The position numbers and the translations under genes were made by a program. A model generated the notes under the pieces. It ran no database searches. It had not been told where the DNA came from and saw only the letters and a list, made by a program, of their open reading frames with translations. A stretch of 63,153 bases of DNA, the filler included, from Malassezia furfur (lineage: Eukaryota), in the NCBI GenBank assembly GCA_052055015.1. It is 21 parts of 21 records of this genome, joined end to end, with 100 filler letters (N's around TTAATTAATTAA, not from the genome) between each part and the next. Parts side by side here need not be neighbours in the genome. Positions count along the whole stretch, not along the records: positions 39,616 to 42,499 come from JBQJIT010000837.1; positions 42,600 to 45,475 come from JBQJIT010000838.1; positions 45,576 to 48,448 come from JBQJIT010000839.1; positions 48,549 to 51,412 come from JBQJIT010000840.1; 17 more parts are not named here. One strand, 5' to 3'. This document shows positions 39,616-51,512 of this stretch, one piece after another (position 1 is the first letter of the stretch; the number at the start of each line of letters is the position of its first letter).

Positions 39616-42499
39616 CCCACGGCTGTGTGCGCCGCTCTTCACGCCCGAAGTGCACCGCGCAGTGAGTGCTCTGGCCACCTACATTGCACACAACGATGCC
39701 GCTGCGCGCCTCCTCGCGCGCCAGCTGCCCGCAACTGCGCGCGAGGCCCAGACGGTCGGCGAGCTGCTCGACGGCGCGCTCGCCATCCTCTGGCACAGCC
39801 AGCGCATCCCGCGCAACTCACTTGCAGGACAGCTGTGCGGCGAGGCGCTGCCGCGCCTCGATGAGGTGCGCACCTACGTGCTGTCTGAGCGCGACTTTGC
39901 CGCGCTGTCCACGCTGCAGCACGGCGCCACGGGCACGGTCGAGGTGGTGCGCTGCAAATTCGACCGGCGCCTCTATGTCATGAAGAGCATCCTGAAGGGC
40001 GTCGCACGGCGCGAGGCGTACCGCTTCTCGCCTGTGTTTGAGAGCCGGCTGCTCGCGCACGACAACGACACCGACACGCCGTGCACACCACACCTGCATG
40101 CCGCGTTCCAAGGGCCCGGCTCGGTGCATCTTGTCATGGAGTACTTCCCTGCAGGCGACCTCGACTCGCTCCTGCGTGCCGCCGCCGAGGCGGAGCCGGG
40201 GTACCCGGGCAAGAGCACCGCCGGCGGTCTGCTGCAGGAGGCATGGGTCGTGCGCTACGCGTGCGACATGATCGCTGCCATCGGCTGGCTGCACGGCCTG
40301 CAGTTTGTGCACCGCGACATCAAGCCATCCAACTTTTTGTTGCATCGCTCTGGGCGCCTCCGGCTGTGTGACTTTGCGACGTGTGCGCCATTTGCCACGT
40401 TCGGCACTGAGCGCCGCGTGTTGCAGTTCTACACGCAGCGCCCAGCGGGCACGTGTGACTACATTGCGCCCGACATCCTGCGGTGCGAGGAGCAGCGCAT
40501 CCTCGCAGCATGCCCCTCGCCACTGGGCGCGACGTCGCCGAGCAGCACGTCGGGGGCCGCGGCGGCGCCGCCGGCGGCCGACGCGCTCGTCCCCGGCGCG
40601 TACGGGCCCGAGGTCGACTGGTGGAGCGTCGGTGTGGTGCTGTACGAGATGGTGTTTGGCCGCCTGCCGTTCTGGGCGCCGCATCCCGCCGACGTCTACG
40701 CCAAGATTGCGCACCACGAGCAGCACTTTGCGATGGATGCGGACGTGCCGTGCTCGGCGGCGCTGCGCGCACTCATCGCCGCGTTCGTGTGCTCGCCCGA
40801 GCGCCGCCTCGGTCGCCGTGGCACGCGCGAGGTGCAACGCCACGCAGCGTTTGCGCACGTCCCATGGGACGCGCTCGAGACGTACGCGGTGCCGTTCGTG
40901 CCGAGCGACGCGGCGAGCGCCGTAATGCCCACGCTGCTCGCGACGAGCCCGCCGGGCACGTCGCCGGGCGCAGGCGTCTCCGTGACGCTCGATACCCCGC
41001 CGAGCTTCTCGCAGATGTACCGCGGCCCACTCGACCTCTTCCCAGCGTTCCCGGATTCGTTCGAGGCCAGCGCGCTGGACGTCCCCGCACGGGACGAGGG
41101 GGTGCATACGCCGGGCGCCGAGGTGCCACCGGCGCTCGCGGAGCAGACCTCGCCCGCCGACTCGTGGCCGTCGAGCGCCGAGTCGACGCCCGCGACCGCG
41201 TCGGAGCGCGACGCGCACAGCTGGCGCGAGTTGGATACCCACTTTTGCGGCTTTAGCTACGTGCCGCAATCCGCGGCTTTCCGCCCGGAGGACGCGCCGG
41301 TCGCGCCCACAGCCGATACGAGCGAGCTGCTCGGCGCGCCCGCCGGCGACGCGCCACTCGCGTCGACGCCCATGTCGAAGCCTGGCGCACGTGCGCCGCC
41401 ATCGCCGTCGATACGCATCGCCTCGCCCGAGACCAGCGCGCAGCCCACGCTGCAGCGCCGCGCGGTGCAGGCGGCACGGCGCGCGCGCAGCGGCCACGGT
41501 GCGCCAGCCGAGCTGCACACGCCCTTCCGCCGCGCGGATGCCTCGGGGAGCAGTGTGGAGCCTGCGTCGCCGTACCCCTTCCCGCTCGCGAGCGCACAGC
41601 GCTACCCCACGCCGCGGCTCGCGCTCTCGCCCGAGACACACACGACGCACACGCCGGGCATGTACGCGTACGACACGATGGGCTCCGACTCGCGCCACTC
41701 GGGCGGCAGCACATTCAAGCGCAACGTCTCGGAGCGCCAGGCATGGGTCGAGATGATGGACGCCGTGCAGCGCAGCGCACGCAAGCTCGATGCCACGCAC
41801 GCCCGCGCCGATGCGCCGCTACGCAGCCTCGCCGAGGAGGACGAGGGGCGCGAGTCGGTTGCGCCACTGCTGCCGCGCGCGTGGCATGCGCCAGGCCGCG
41901 CGGGCGCCGCGGGGCCGCACGCGCCGTCGCCGCCGCGCCACCACATTGACGAGCTCAGCGACGAGTCGCCCGAGAAGCACGCCGCGCCGGCGCTGCGCAG
42001 CGCCGCGTCGTGCTTCGACCTGCGGTGGCGCATGCGCCCGCTCGAGACGGAGCGCGCCGCGAACACCACGTCGCCGGACGCCGACCGCCCGCTGCTGCGC
42101 ACGCGGCGCAGCACGCGCCAGCTGCTGCTCGACGCGCAGGTCACCTCGACACCGACGCGCACCGCCCGGAGCCTGACGCTGCCCTCGCCGCCGCCCGCGC
42201 TGCTCGACACGCAGCCGAGCGCCAGCCCGCCGCGCCGGCGCACACTCAAGGGCAGCGCGTCGGTGCGCGACTTCCGCGAGCTGCTTCGCCAAGAAATGAC
42301 GCTCCCGACGCTCACCGACACGTCGCCGCCCGCACCGCAGCGCACGCGGACCCAGTCGCAGCCAGACACCGACGGCGCCAAGTGGGCGCCGTCCGACTCA
42401 CATCGCACGCTGTCCGAGTACCGCCGTGGGCTGCGCCCTCCGCCGCCGGCGCCGCGCACCACCGAGCCGGGCGCCGAGGACGCGTTCGGGCGGCCCACA
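39616..42499 (+). CDS. AGC-group Ser/Thr kinase (DMPK/NDR-like) with long Ser/Pro-rich tail, partial at both ends
   Basis: YVMKSI, HLVMEYFPAGDL, HRDIKPSNFLL, CDFA, GTCDYIAPD, DWWSVGVVLYEM, and the AGC hydrophobic motif FCGFSY. Confidence 0.88.
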
Positions 42500-42599
42500 N
42501 NNNNNNNNNNNNNNNNNNNNNNNNNNNNNNNNNNNNNNNNNNNTTAATTAATTAANNNNNNNNNNNNNNNNNNNNNNNNNNNNNNNNNNNNNNNNNNNN

Positions 42600-42643
42600 C
42601 TTGTGAATGCATGAGGCCGTGGGTTCAATTCCCACATTCTCCA
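42600..42643 (+). tRNA. 3' fragment of a tRNA, probably tRNA-Ala (anticodon not in the contig)
   Basis: TGCATGAGGCC-GTGGG-TTCAATT-CCCAC-ATTCTCC-A: T arm and acceptor 3' strand with U70 (G3:U70 Ala determinant), followed by T runs. Confidence 0.65.
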
Positions 42644-42798
42644 CATTCTTTTGGATTTTTTTTTTTTTTGTCAGCTTCATTGATGACGCTAACAAGTAAG
42701 CAATGCAACGTCAGTTAAGCGGCGTCATTGCAACCGTCGAACCAACTTGACGCTGAATATACCTTTTTATTTTAAAACTTTGTTACTGTTCTATTCAC

Positions 42799-45475
42799 TC
42801 AGTGCGTCGAATCAGGGACAAACTCGCGCCATGCGCGGACCTCTGAAGGGATGTTCTCTTCCTCGTAGTGAAGGAGGCAGCCCTTAGGAATCCTCTTTTC
42901 CAGGGTCTCCACAAACAGCAGCGCCGTGCGAGGCTCGTTAAAGAGCGGCAATCTGTGGTTAGTCCATAAGTGCGTGCGTACCCAAAGTCGACCGCGTTGC
43001 GACGGGCAACGTAGTTCTCGTCCACCGTATCCTTGGCGCGGTAGGGGGCAAGGTTGATCACGAATTGGATTTCGTGGTCGTCAAATACCTCGCGCAGTTT
43101 TCGCTTGTCCTTCAGCGGGAACCAAATCCGCTGCACCGAGACGTGCGGGATCTCGTTGAGGACCTCCTCGACATGGCTGTTGGAGCAGTACAGCTTGAAC
43201 CCGAGGTTGTACAGCTTGCGAGCGATCGTTGCGAGCTCCGGCTGCGACACATCACCACCGAGCAGCACGCCCTTGTTCGCCTGCGGCACACGGAAGCCCG
43301 TCGTGGATGCCAATGAGGCCCAGTACGCCTCGTGCACGTCGTTTCCGAACGAGGCGACCTCGCCGGTGCTGGCCATCTCGACGCCCAGGTACGGGTCGGC
43401 GCCGGCCAAACGCGTCCAGGAGAACTGGGGCACCTTGATCGCGACATAGTCGCGCTTCTCGGCCATGAGGTCGGCGGGCGGCGGCACGTCCTTGTCCATG
43501 ATGGCACACGTCGCGATGTCGATAAAGTTCACGCCAAGCACCTTGCTCACGAAGGGGAACGAGCGACTGGCACGCAGGTTGCACTCGATCACCTTGAGGT
43601 CCGATTCGCGGTCCGGGTATTCCTTGCGGATGATCTGCATGTTGAACGGTCCACTGATGTCGAATGCCTTGCCCACGCGCGAGGCAATGTCCTTGATGCG
43701 GGCCATGTCGATGTCGCTGACCGAGAACGGCGGGAGGACCAGCGTGGCATCGCCCGAGTGCACACCGGCGTTCTCGACGTGCTGCGACACAGCGTGCACG
43801 ATGAGCTCGCCCTTGTGCGCCACGGCATCCACGTCGATCTCCTGCGCGTTGGGAATAAACTTGGTGAGCACCACAGGGTAGTCCGTGTTCACCTCGGCGG
43901 CGGCGGTCAGGTTGTGCTCAAGCGTGGACTCGTCCCAAATGACGTTCATCGCGGCACCCGACAAGACGTAGCTCGGGCGGACCAGGACCGGGTAGGAGAC
44001 GCGGTTCGCGAATTCCTTGGCCTTGGCGACGTCGGTCACCTCGACCCAGTCGGGCTGGTCGACGCCAATGGAGTCGAGGATCGACGAGAACTTGTGGCGG
44101 TCCTCGGCAGAGTCGATCTTGACCGGGTCGGTGCCCAGGACGTTCACGTCGGCATTCTTGAGGCGCAGCGCAATGTTCTGCGGCAGCTGGCCGCCCACCG
44201 ACACCACGGCGCCCGTCGCGCCCTCAAGCTCGTAAATGTCCATCACACGCTCGAAGCTGAGCTCCTCAAAGTAGAGGCGGTTGGCCTCGTCGTAGTCCGT
44301 CGAGACCGTCTCCGGGTTGTAGTTGATCATGATGGTCTTGTGGCCCATGTCCTTGATGCGGCGCACACACGTCACCGCACACCAGTCGAACTCGACCGAG
44401 GAGCCGATGCGGTACACACCCGAGCCGAGCACCATGGTACCGTGCTCGTCAAACTCGACGTCGTGCGCAGCTGCGTTGTAGGTCGTGTACAGGTAGTTGG
44501 TCTGTGCGGGGTACTCGGCGGCGACCGTGTCGATGCGCTTCACCCACGGGTGGATGCCGAGCGACTTGCGCAGCTTGCGCACCTCGGGCTCCGTCGAGTT
44601 GGTCAGCTTCGCGATCTGGAAGTCGGAGAAGCCGCGCTGCTTGGCGGTGCGCAGCAGCTCCTCGTCCACGCTCTGCAACGAGCCTGCGGCCTGCAGCGCC
44701 TTGTGCGTCGACACAATGTTCTCCAGCTTGAACAGGAACCAGCGGTCAATCTTGGTGAGGTCGTGCAGGCGCTCCACGTCGTAGTCCTTCTCGAGCATCG
44801 CATAGGCAATCGCAAACAGGCGCGTGTCGGTCGGGACGGCGAGCGCGTGGTCGAGGTCCTCGGGGCGGGCGTACACGTCAAAGCCGTCGTAGTTCGGCGC
44901 GATCTGGCGCACCGCCTTCTGCAGCGACTCTTCAAACGTGCGGCCGATGGCCATCACTTCACCGACCGACTTCATGCTGGAGCCCGTCTGGCGGTTGACG
45001 TGCTGGAACTTGGACAGGTCCCACTTGGGGATCTTGGTCACGATGTAGTCCAGCGACGGCTCAAAGCACGCCGTGGTCGTCTTGGTCACTGCGTTGGGCA
45101 GCTCGGCGAGCGTGTGGCCCAGCGCGAGCTTGGCCGCGGTGTAGGCCAGCGGGTAACCGGTCGCCTTGGACGCCAAGGCACTCGAGCGGCTCAGACGCGG
45201 GTTCACCTCAATCACGCGGTACTCGCGGCTGTCCGGGCTGAGCGCATACTGGATGTTGCACTCGCCGACGATGCCAAGGTGCCGAATGACCTTGAGCGCG
45301 GCGGTGCGGAGCATGTGGTAGTTGTCGTCCGAGAGTGTCTGCGAGGGCGCGACGACGATCGAGTCGCCGGTGTGGATGCCGAGCGGGTCAAAGTTTTCCA
45401 TGTTGCAGCAGATCAGCGCATTGTCCTGCTGGTCGCGCAGCACCTCGTACTCGCTCTCCTTCCAGCCGCGCAGAC
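42799..45475 (-). CDS. CPA2: Arginine-specific carbamoyl-phosphate synthase large subunit, 5'-partial; intron 42953-42981 (29 nt)
   Basis: NMENFDPLGIHTGDSIVVAPSQTL, LGSGVYRIGSSVEFDW, RPSYVLSGAAM; spliced end RRNAVDFGLPLFNEP...EVRAWREFV with a stop and no DHO/ATC domains. Confidence 0.93.
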
Positions 45476-45672
45476 NNNNNNNNNNNNNNNNNNNNNNNNN
45501 NNNNNNNNNNNNNNNNNNNTTAATTAATTAANNNNNNNNNNNNNNNNNNNNNNNNNNNNNNNNNNNNNNNNNNNNTTGGCGCCGTGGCGCGCCGCGCGCC
45601 GCGCCGCGGTTGGCCTGTGCTCGCGGGGGCATGGCACGACGCGGCCTCCACATCACGTGGCGCGCCTTCCTT

Positions 45673-48448
45673 ATGGCGTCGAGCAAGCCGAACAAGCTGG
45701 CATTCCTGTCGCAGCCGGCGCCCGCGGGCTACGTCGCAGGTCTCGGGCGCGGCGCGAGTGGATTCACCACCCGCTCGGACATTGGCCCTGCGCGCGAGGG
45801 TCCGTCTGCCGAGGCCGTCGCGGCCGCACGCGCCAAGCGTGGCGAGGAGGACGAGGAGGAGGACGACGAGCGATTTCAGGACCCCGAGGAGGAGGGCGGG
45901 CTCTTTGCCTCGGCGGTGTACGAGCGCGACGATGAGGAGGCCGACCGCATTTGGGAGAGTGTCGACCGCCAGATGGACGAGCGGCGGCGGAAACAACGGG
46001 AGGCGCGCGAGCGGGCGGAGCGCGAAGAGGAGCGGCTGCGCACGCCCAAGATCCAGGCCCAGTTTGCCGACTTGAAGCGCAATCTGACTACGGTGAGTGC
46101 CGAAGAGTGGGCGGCGCTGCCTGAGCCCGGCAACCTTACCGGCAAGCGGCGCAAGGCGGCGCTCGCGCGCGAGAGCCGTGACAATCGGACGTATGCGTTG
46201 CCGGACAGTGTGCTGGTGGGCGCGCGCGACCGCAACCAGGTGCAAAACGAGGCGGCGGATGTGGACATGGATGGTACGCGCAGCACGCTTGGTGGTGCGA
46301 CGAGCTCGCTGACCGAGATTGGCGAGGCACGCAACAAGCTCTTCTCGCACCAGCTTGACCAGGCGTCGACGAGCAGCGGCGCGGCGCAATCCGGGCTTTC
46401 GTCATCGATTGACCCGCAGGGCTACTTGACCGAGCTGTCCGGTGTGTCGGTCAAGTCGGACGTCGAGATTGGCGACATCAAAAAAGCGCGCAGCCTGCTC
46501 GACTCGGTGATCAAGACGAACCCCAAGCATGCGCCCGGGTGGATCGCTGCGGCGCGCCTCGAGGAGGTCGCGGGCAAGATGGCGGTGGCGCGCAAAGTGA
46601 TTGCGCAGGGGTGCGAGCAGTGCCCCAAGAGCGAGGACGTGTGGCTCGAGAGTGCGCGGCTCAACACGCCCGACAACGCCAAGGTGATCCTTGCGCGGGC
46701 GATCCAGCACCTGAGCCAGTCGGTGTCCATCTGGCTGCGTGCCGAGCAGCTTGAAAACGACCCTGAGAGCAAGAAGCGTGTGTTGCGCAAGGCGCTCGAG
46801 CATGTGCCGCACTCGGTTAAGCTGTGGAAGCGCCTTGTGAACCTCGAAGAATCGCCCGAGGACGCGCGGATTCTGCTCGCGGGTGCCGTCGAGGCGATCC
46901 CGCTGAGCGTCGAGCTGTGGCTCACGCTTGCACGCCTGTCGCCGCCGGCCGAGGCCAAGAGTGTGCTCAACAAGGCGCGGCGCACGATTCCGACGTCGCA
47001 CGAGATTTGGATCGCCGCCGCGCGCCTCCTGGAGGAGTCGGGCGAGGCGGCGGAGCGCATCGACAAGACGGTGGCGGCGGCGGTCGCCTCGCTCGAGAAG
47101 GCCGGCGCGGTGCTCTCGCGCGAACAGTGGCTGCGCGAGGCGGAGCAGGTCGAGCGCGAGGGCAGCCCGGCAACGTGTGCGGCCATCGTCAAGGCCACCG
47201 TGTACCTCGACATCGACCCCGAGGATCGCAGCCGTGTCTGGGCCGAGGATGCGCACGCGGCACTCGAGCAGGGCTACTCTGCGACCGCGCGCGCGATTTA
47301 CGCGTGCGCCTTGCACGAGTTCCCCGACAACATCGCGCTGTGGCGCGCGGCCGCCACGCTCGAGCAGCAGCACGGCACGCGCGAGGCGCTCGAGGCGCTC
47401 CTGGAGCGCGCCGTACAGCATTGCCCGCGCGCCGAGCCGCTCTGGCTGCAGTACGCCGCCGAGAAGCAACGCGCCGGCGACGTGCCTGGCGCACGCGACG
47501 TGCTGAGCCGTGCGTTCGACCACAACCTCGGCTCCGAGGCGATCTCGCTGGCGGCCGCGGCGCTCGAGGCGCAGCACGGCGATGCACGCGCCGCATCGCT
47601 GCTGCTTGCGCGCGCGCGCCGCGAGGTGGACACGCCGCGCGTCTGGCTCAAGAGCGTGCAGTGGGAGCGCACCGACGGCACGCCCGACGCGGCCCATGCG
47701 CTCGTCCAGGAGGCACTGCAAAAGTTTCCGCGCGCGCCCAAACTGCACATGGTGCACGGCCAGCTGCACGAGGCGCGCGGCGACGACGCGGGTCTCCGCG
47801 CGGCGCGCGATGCGTACGCCGCCGGACGCGCGCAGTGCCCCGACGCGCTGCCGCTGTGGCTGCTCAGCAGCCGGCTCGAGGAGCGGGCGGGGTACGCACC
47901 TCGTGCGCGTGCGCTGCTTGAAAAGGCGCGCAAGGCGCACGAGCGCAGCGACGTGCTCTGGGCCGAATCGGCCGCCGTGGAGCTGCGCGCAGGCAGCGTC
48001 GCGCAGGCCAAGAGCCTGTTGGCGCGCGGGCTGCAGGCGTGCCCGGCGTCGGGCGTGCTGTGGAGCGCGTCCATCTGGCTCGAGCCGCGCCCCGCGCGCA
48101 AGACGCGCGCGGCCGACGCGCTGCGGCGCACGGGCGACCATGCGCAGGTGATCTGCACCGTGGCGCGCCTTTTCTGGGACGAGGGCAAGGTGGCGCAGGC
48201 GCGCAGCTGGTTTGGCAAGGCCGTCGCTGCGGATCGCGACGACGGCGATGTGTGGGGCTGGTGGTACGCGTTCGAAGACGCCCACGTGCGCACCGAGGGC
48301 GACGCGCCGCGCGCACAGGTGCTCGAGCAGGCGGTGCGCGCCGCACCGCGCCACGGCGCAGCGTGGGCGCCGCTACGCAAGGACCCACGCCACGCGCGCC
48401 TTTTCTGGGACGAGGGCAAGGTGGCGCAGGCGCGCAGCTGGTTTGGCA
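45673..48448 (+). CDS. PRP6: U5 snRNP/tri-snRNP splicing factor Prp6, 3'-partial
   Basis: APAGYVAGLGRGASGFTTRSDIGPARE, PKIQAQFADLKR, IGDIKKARSLL.SV..TNPKHAPGWIAAARLEE, and HAT repeats. Confidence 0.96.
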
Positions 48449-48548
48449 NNNNNNNNNNNNNNNNNNNNNNNNNNNNNNNNNNNNNNNNNNNNTTAATTAA
48501 TTAANNNNNNNNNNNNNNNNNNNNNNNNNNNNNNNNNNNNNNNNNNNN

Positions 48549-51412
48549 ACACGGTGGAGCTCTTGTACACGTCGCCGCGCACCACCGACTCGTCCTTCTT
48601 GAAGGAGATGTGAGCCTTTTTGCGGCCCTTGCGCTGGTAATCGAGCTGGCTGGCGATGTTGACGTGCGTGTTGCCGCGCGTCTGCTGCAGGATGCGCGAG
48701 ACGAACTCCGTCTTGAAGTCGAGGTGGAGCAGCGGGTCCCCCTCGTCCTCGCCCGTGTTGAGGATGACCCAGTCGTCGCGCAGGTTGGACAGGCCGATGG
48801 TACGGATGGACGAGAGCGCGATGCGCCGCTCGAGCAAGGTCTGGGGCACCTTGTTCACGAGCTGCGTCACCAGAATGTACACGTTGCGCTCGGTCATCAG
48901 CAGGAAGCGCGGGCTCGGCCGGCTCGAGCGGCCCAGGCGCGAGACGAGCAGCTGGGCACGCGAGCTGAACGCCACGGGCTCGTTCCCCGCGAGGCCCGCG
49001 GCCGCCCGAAGCATGCGCCCCTCGGGCGCCGAGCCGTTCACGTCGAGGTAGTCGCCCATGAAGCGGCGCATGCTCACCAGGCTGAAGCGGCGGCGCTCCT
49101 TGCGGCCCGCGAGCACCTGGTGGCCGTAGTCGCGCAGCACAAGGAAGTCGTGGCCCTCGCGGCTGCGGCGCCACGCGCGCTGGATGCGCCGCGCACATTC
49201 GTGCTTGTAGCGCATGTACGCGCGGAAGGCGCGCTGGATGCGCATCGCCATGTTGTGCCAGTAGCGGTCGCGCATCGTCTCGAGCGCAAAGAGCGTCTCG
49301 GGGTTCTTGATGAAGCCCTTGGTGGCGCCGAGCTGCCACTCGTCGCGGGCGATGCCCGTGTCGAGGAAGATGCGCTCGCACCCGCTGCGTGCGTCGCCCT
49401 GCCAGGTGTACTCGCCGGCGTACGACGTCGCGGGCGACAGCAGGTAGAAGCGCTGCACGATCTTCTCGAACGTGTTGCGGTACGCAAAGCCCGCGCGGCG
49501 CACGCGGATGTTCTCCTTCAGACCGAGGTACTTGATCTGGTGCAGGATCGCCTGCGCGTCGTACTCGCTCGGGCTCTTGTTCTGGTTGGGCTTGATGGTG
49601 CGGATGTACGACGGCTGCGCGCGCATCAGGTTGTCCACGAGCAGGTTCGCGCTTGCCTTGATGCGGTCGCCCGCGCTCGGCGGGCGCTTCTTGCTGTCGG
49701 GATCGGGGCGATCGGGGAAGAGCGCGACGAGGAAGGCGTTCGCGGAGGAGTCGACGAGGTTCAGGATGTCCTTTTGGAGCGCGTCCTTGTTCTTGTCGGT
49801 CATGCCCTGCACGTTGTACATCACGTCCCCGGCATAGTGGCGCACGAGGAACTTGTTGCCGCGCGCCTCAAAGTGCGGGTTGCTCGCGAGCATCGACGTG
49901 CGCTGCACAAACGAGTTGTCCGCCGCCGCAGGGTCGGCGTGCGCAGTGGCCATCGCGTCGTTCAGCGCGCTAAAGATGCCCGGCGGGCGGCGCTCCTCGA
50001 TCAGGTCACACACAATCTTGTTGTTGAAGTACTTGATCGGCGTCCACTGGATCTGCTCCTGCGCATACTCTTCCTGCTCCTTCTTCAGCGTGAGCTCAAT
50101 AAAGATCTGCTGCAGCTTCTCGTTGACGTAGTTGATGCACAGCTGCTCGAACGAGTTGTTCTCAAAGATCTCGAACCCGTAAATATCCAACACACCGATC
50201 ACGTTCGCCGCCGTGCTGCGCGGGTTCAGCGAGGTGTTGAGGCGCTGCACAATCCACTCAAACAGGTTGTTGTAGATCGCCTTGGCGAGCGCATCGCGCA
50301 CCGCCGCCGCCTGCGTGCAGTTCAGCGGCACCTCGTACACCGACCCACGCCGCCCGCCGCGCTGCGTCTCCATGATGCGCTGCGTCAGCGCACGCACCAC
50401 CGCGCCGCTGTCGACCTCCAGCAGGTACGCCACAAACGCGGGTGTGTCGGCGTTGGCGATCTCGGCATCGCCCTGCGCGTTCTCGACAAACTGCACGTTG
50501 CCGAGCCAGAGGATCGCGGCGAGCATGCGGAAGATGCTCGTCTGCTCCGCATCACTCAGCCCAATGATCCGCATCGCCTCGACGGCCGCCGCGTAGTCGG
50601 CGTGGTCGTCGATGCCCGGCACGTCGAGGCATCCGCTGTTCGCCGTGTACGCGTAGGCCTCCGGGCCCTGCAGGCCGAACATTTCGCGCTGCTGCGGCGT
50701 CGCGGCCTTGGTGAGCTGGTAAAAGATGTGAAAGTTGCGCTCGTTGCGGATTTGCCCCACGACGCGCGCCTTTTCGAGAAGGTAGTTAGTGATGTTGGCG
50801 CCGATCGGCGTGCCGTTGGCATCAAACATGATCTCGAGGTACTTGCCGTGGCGCGACGAGTTGTTGTTGCGCAGCGTCTTGGCACACCCAAAGCTCTCGA
50901 GCAGCGGGTTGGTCGCAAGCACCATGTCCTTGATGTCGTGGATTCCGCCCGATCCACCGCCGTCGCCGCTGACCGCCGCGATGTACTGCATAATCCGCTT
51001 CGCGGCCTCCGTCTTGCCCGCACCCGACTCGCCCGAGATGATCACGCACTGGTTCTCCTTGTAGGCAAGCATGTTGTAGTACGCGCCCTCGGCGATAGCG
51101 TACACGTGCGGGGGCATCTCGAGGCGGTTCTTGCCGCGGTACGACGCAAGCACCTCGTCCGTGTAGATCCCGAGATCGCGGAACGGGTTCACCGAGATGA
51201 GCACATTGCCGATGTATGTCTGCGGTCAGCGCGGTCAGCACCTACATAAATCTCGCCGTTCGCGAAGCGCTTCTGCAGGTTGCTGTTGATTGCCTCGTCG
51301 GTGATCTGCGTAAGGAGCGTCATATCGGACACGCCGGCCTGCGGCTTCTTAAAGCCCTCGCGCCAGTCGGCCTTCACAATGCCGCGGCTCGACGGCGCGG
51401 CGGCGGGCGCGC
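48549..51412 (-). CDS. MYO1: Class I myosin (motor, IQ, TH1), partial at both ends; intron 51220-51245 (26 nt)
   Basis: [56 protein letters not shown] and TH1 DDW motif. Confidence 0.96.
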
Positions 51413-51512
51413 NNNNNNNNNNNNNNNNNNNNNNNNNNNNNNNNNNNNNNNNNNNNTTAATTAATTAANNNNNNNNNNNNNNNNNNNNNNNNNNNNNNNN
51501 NNNNNNNNNNNN

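Noticed and set aside
42795..42981. Apparent aberrant CPA2 C-terminus in the ORF track, suggesting a frameshift or pseudogene
   Set aside because: Resolved by a canonical 29-nt intron (42953-42981) that restores the normal ending.
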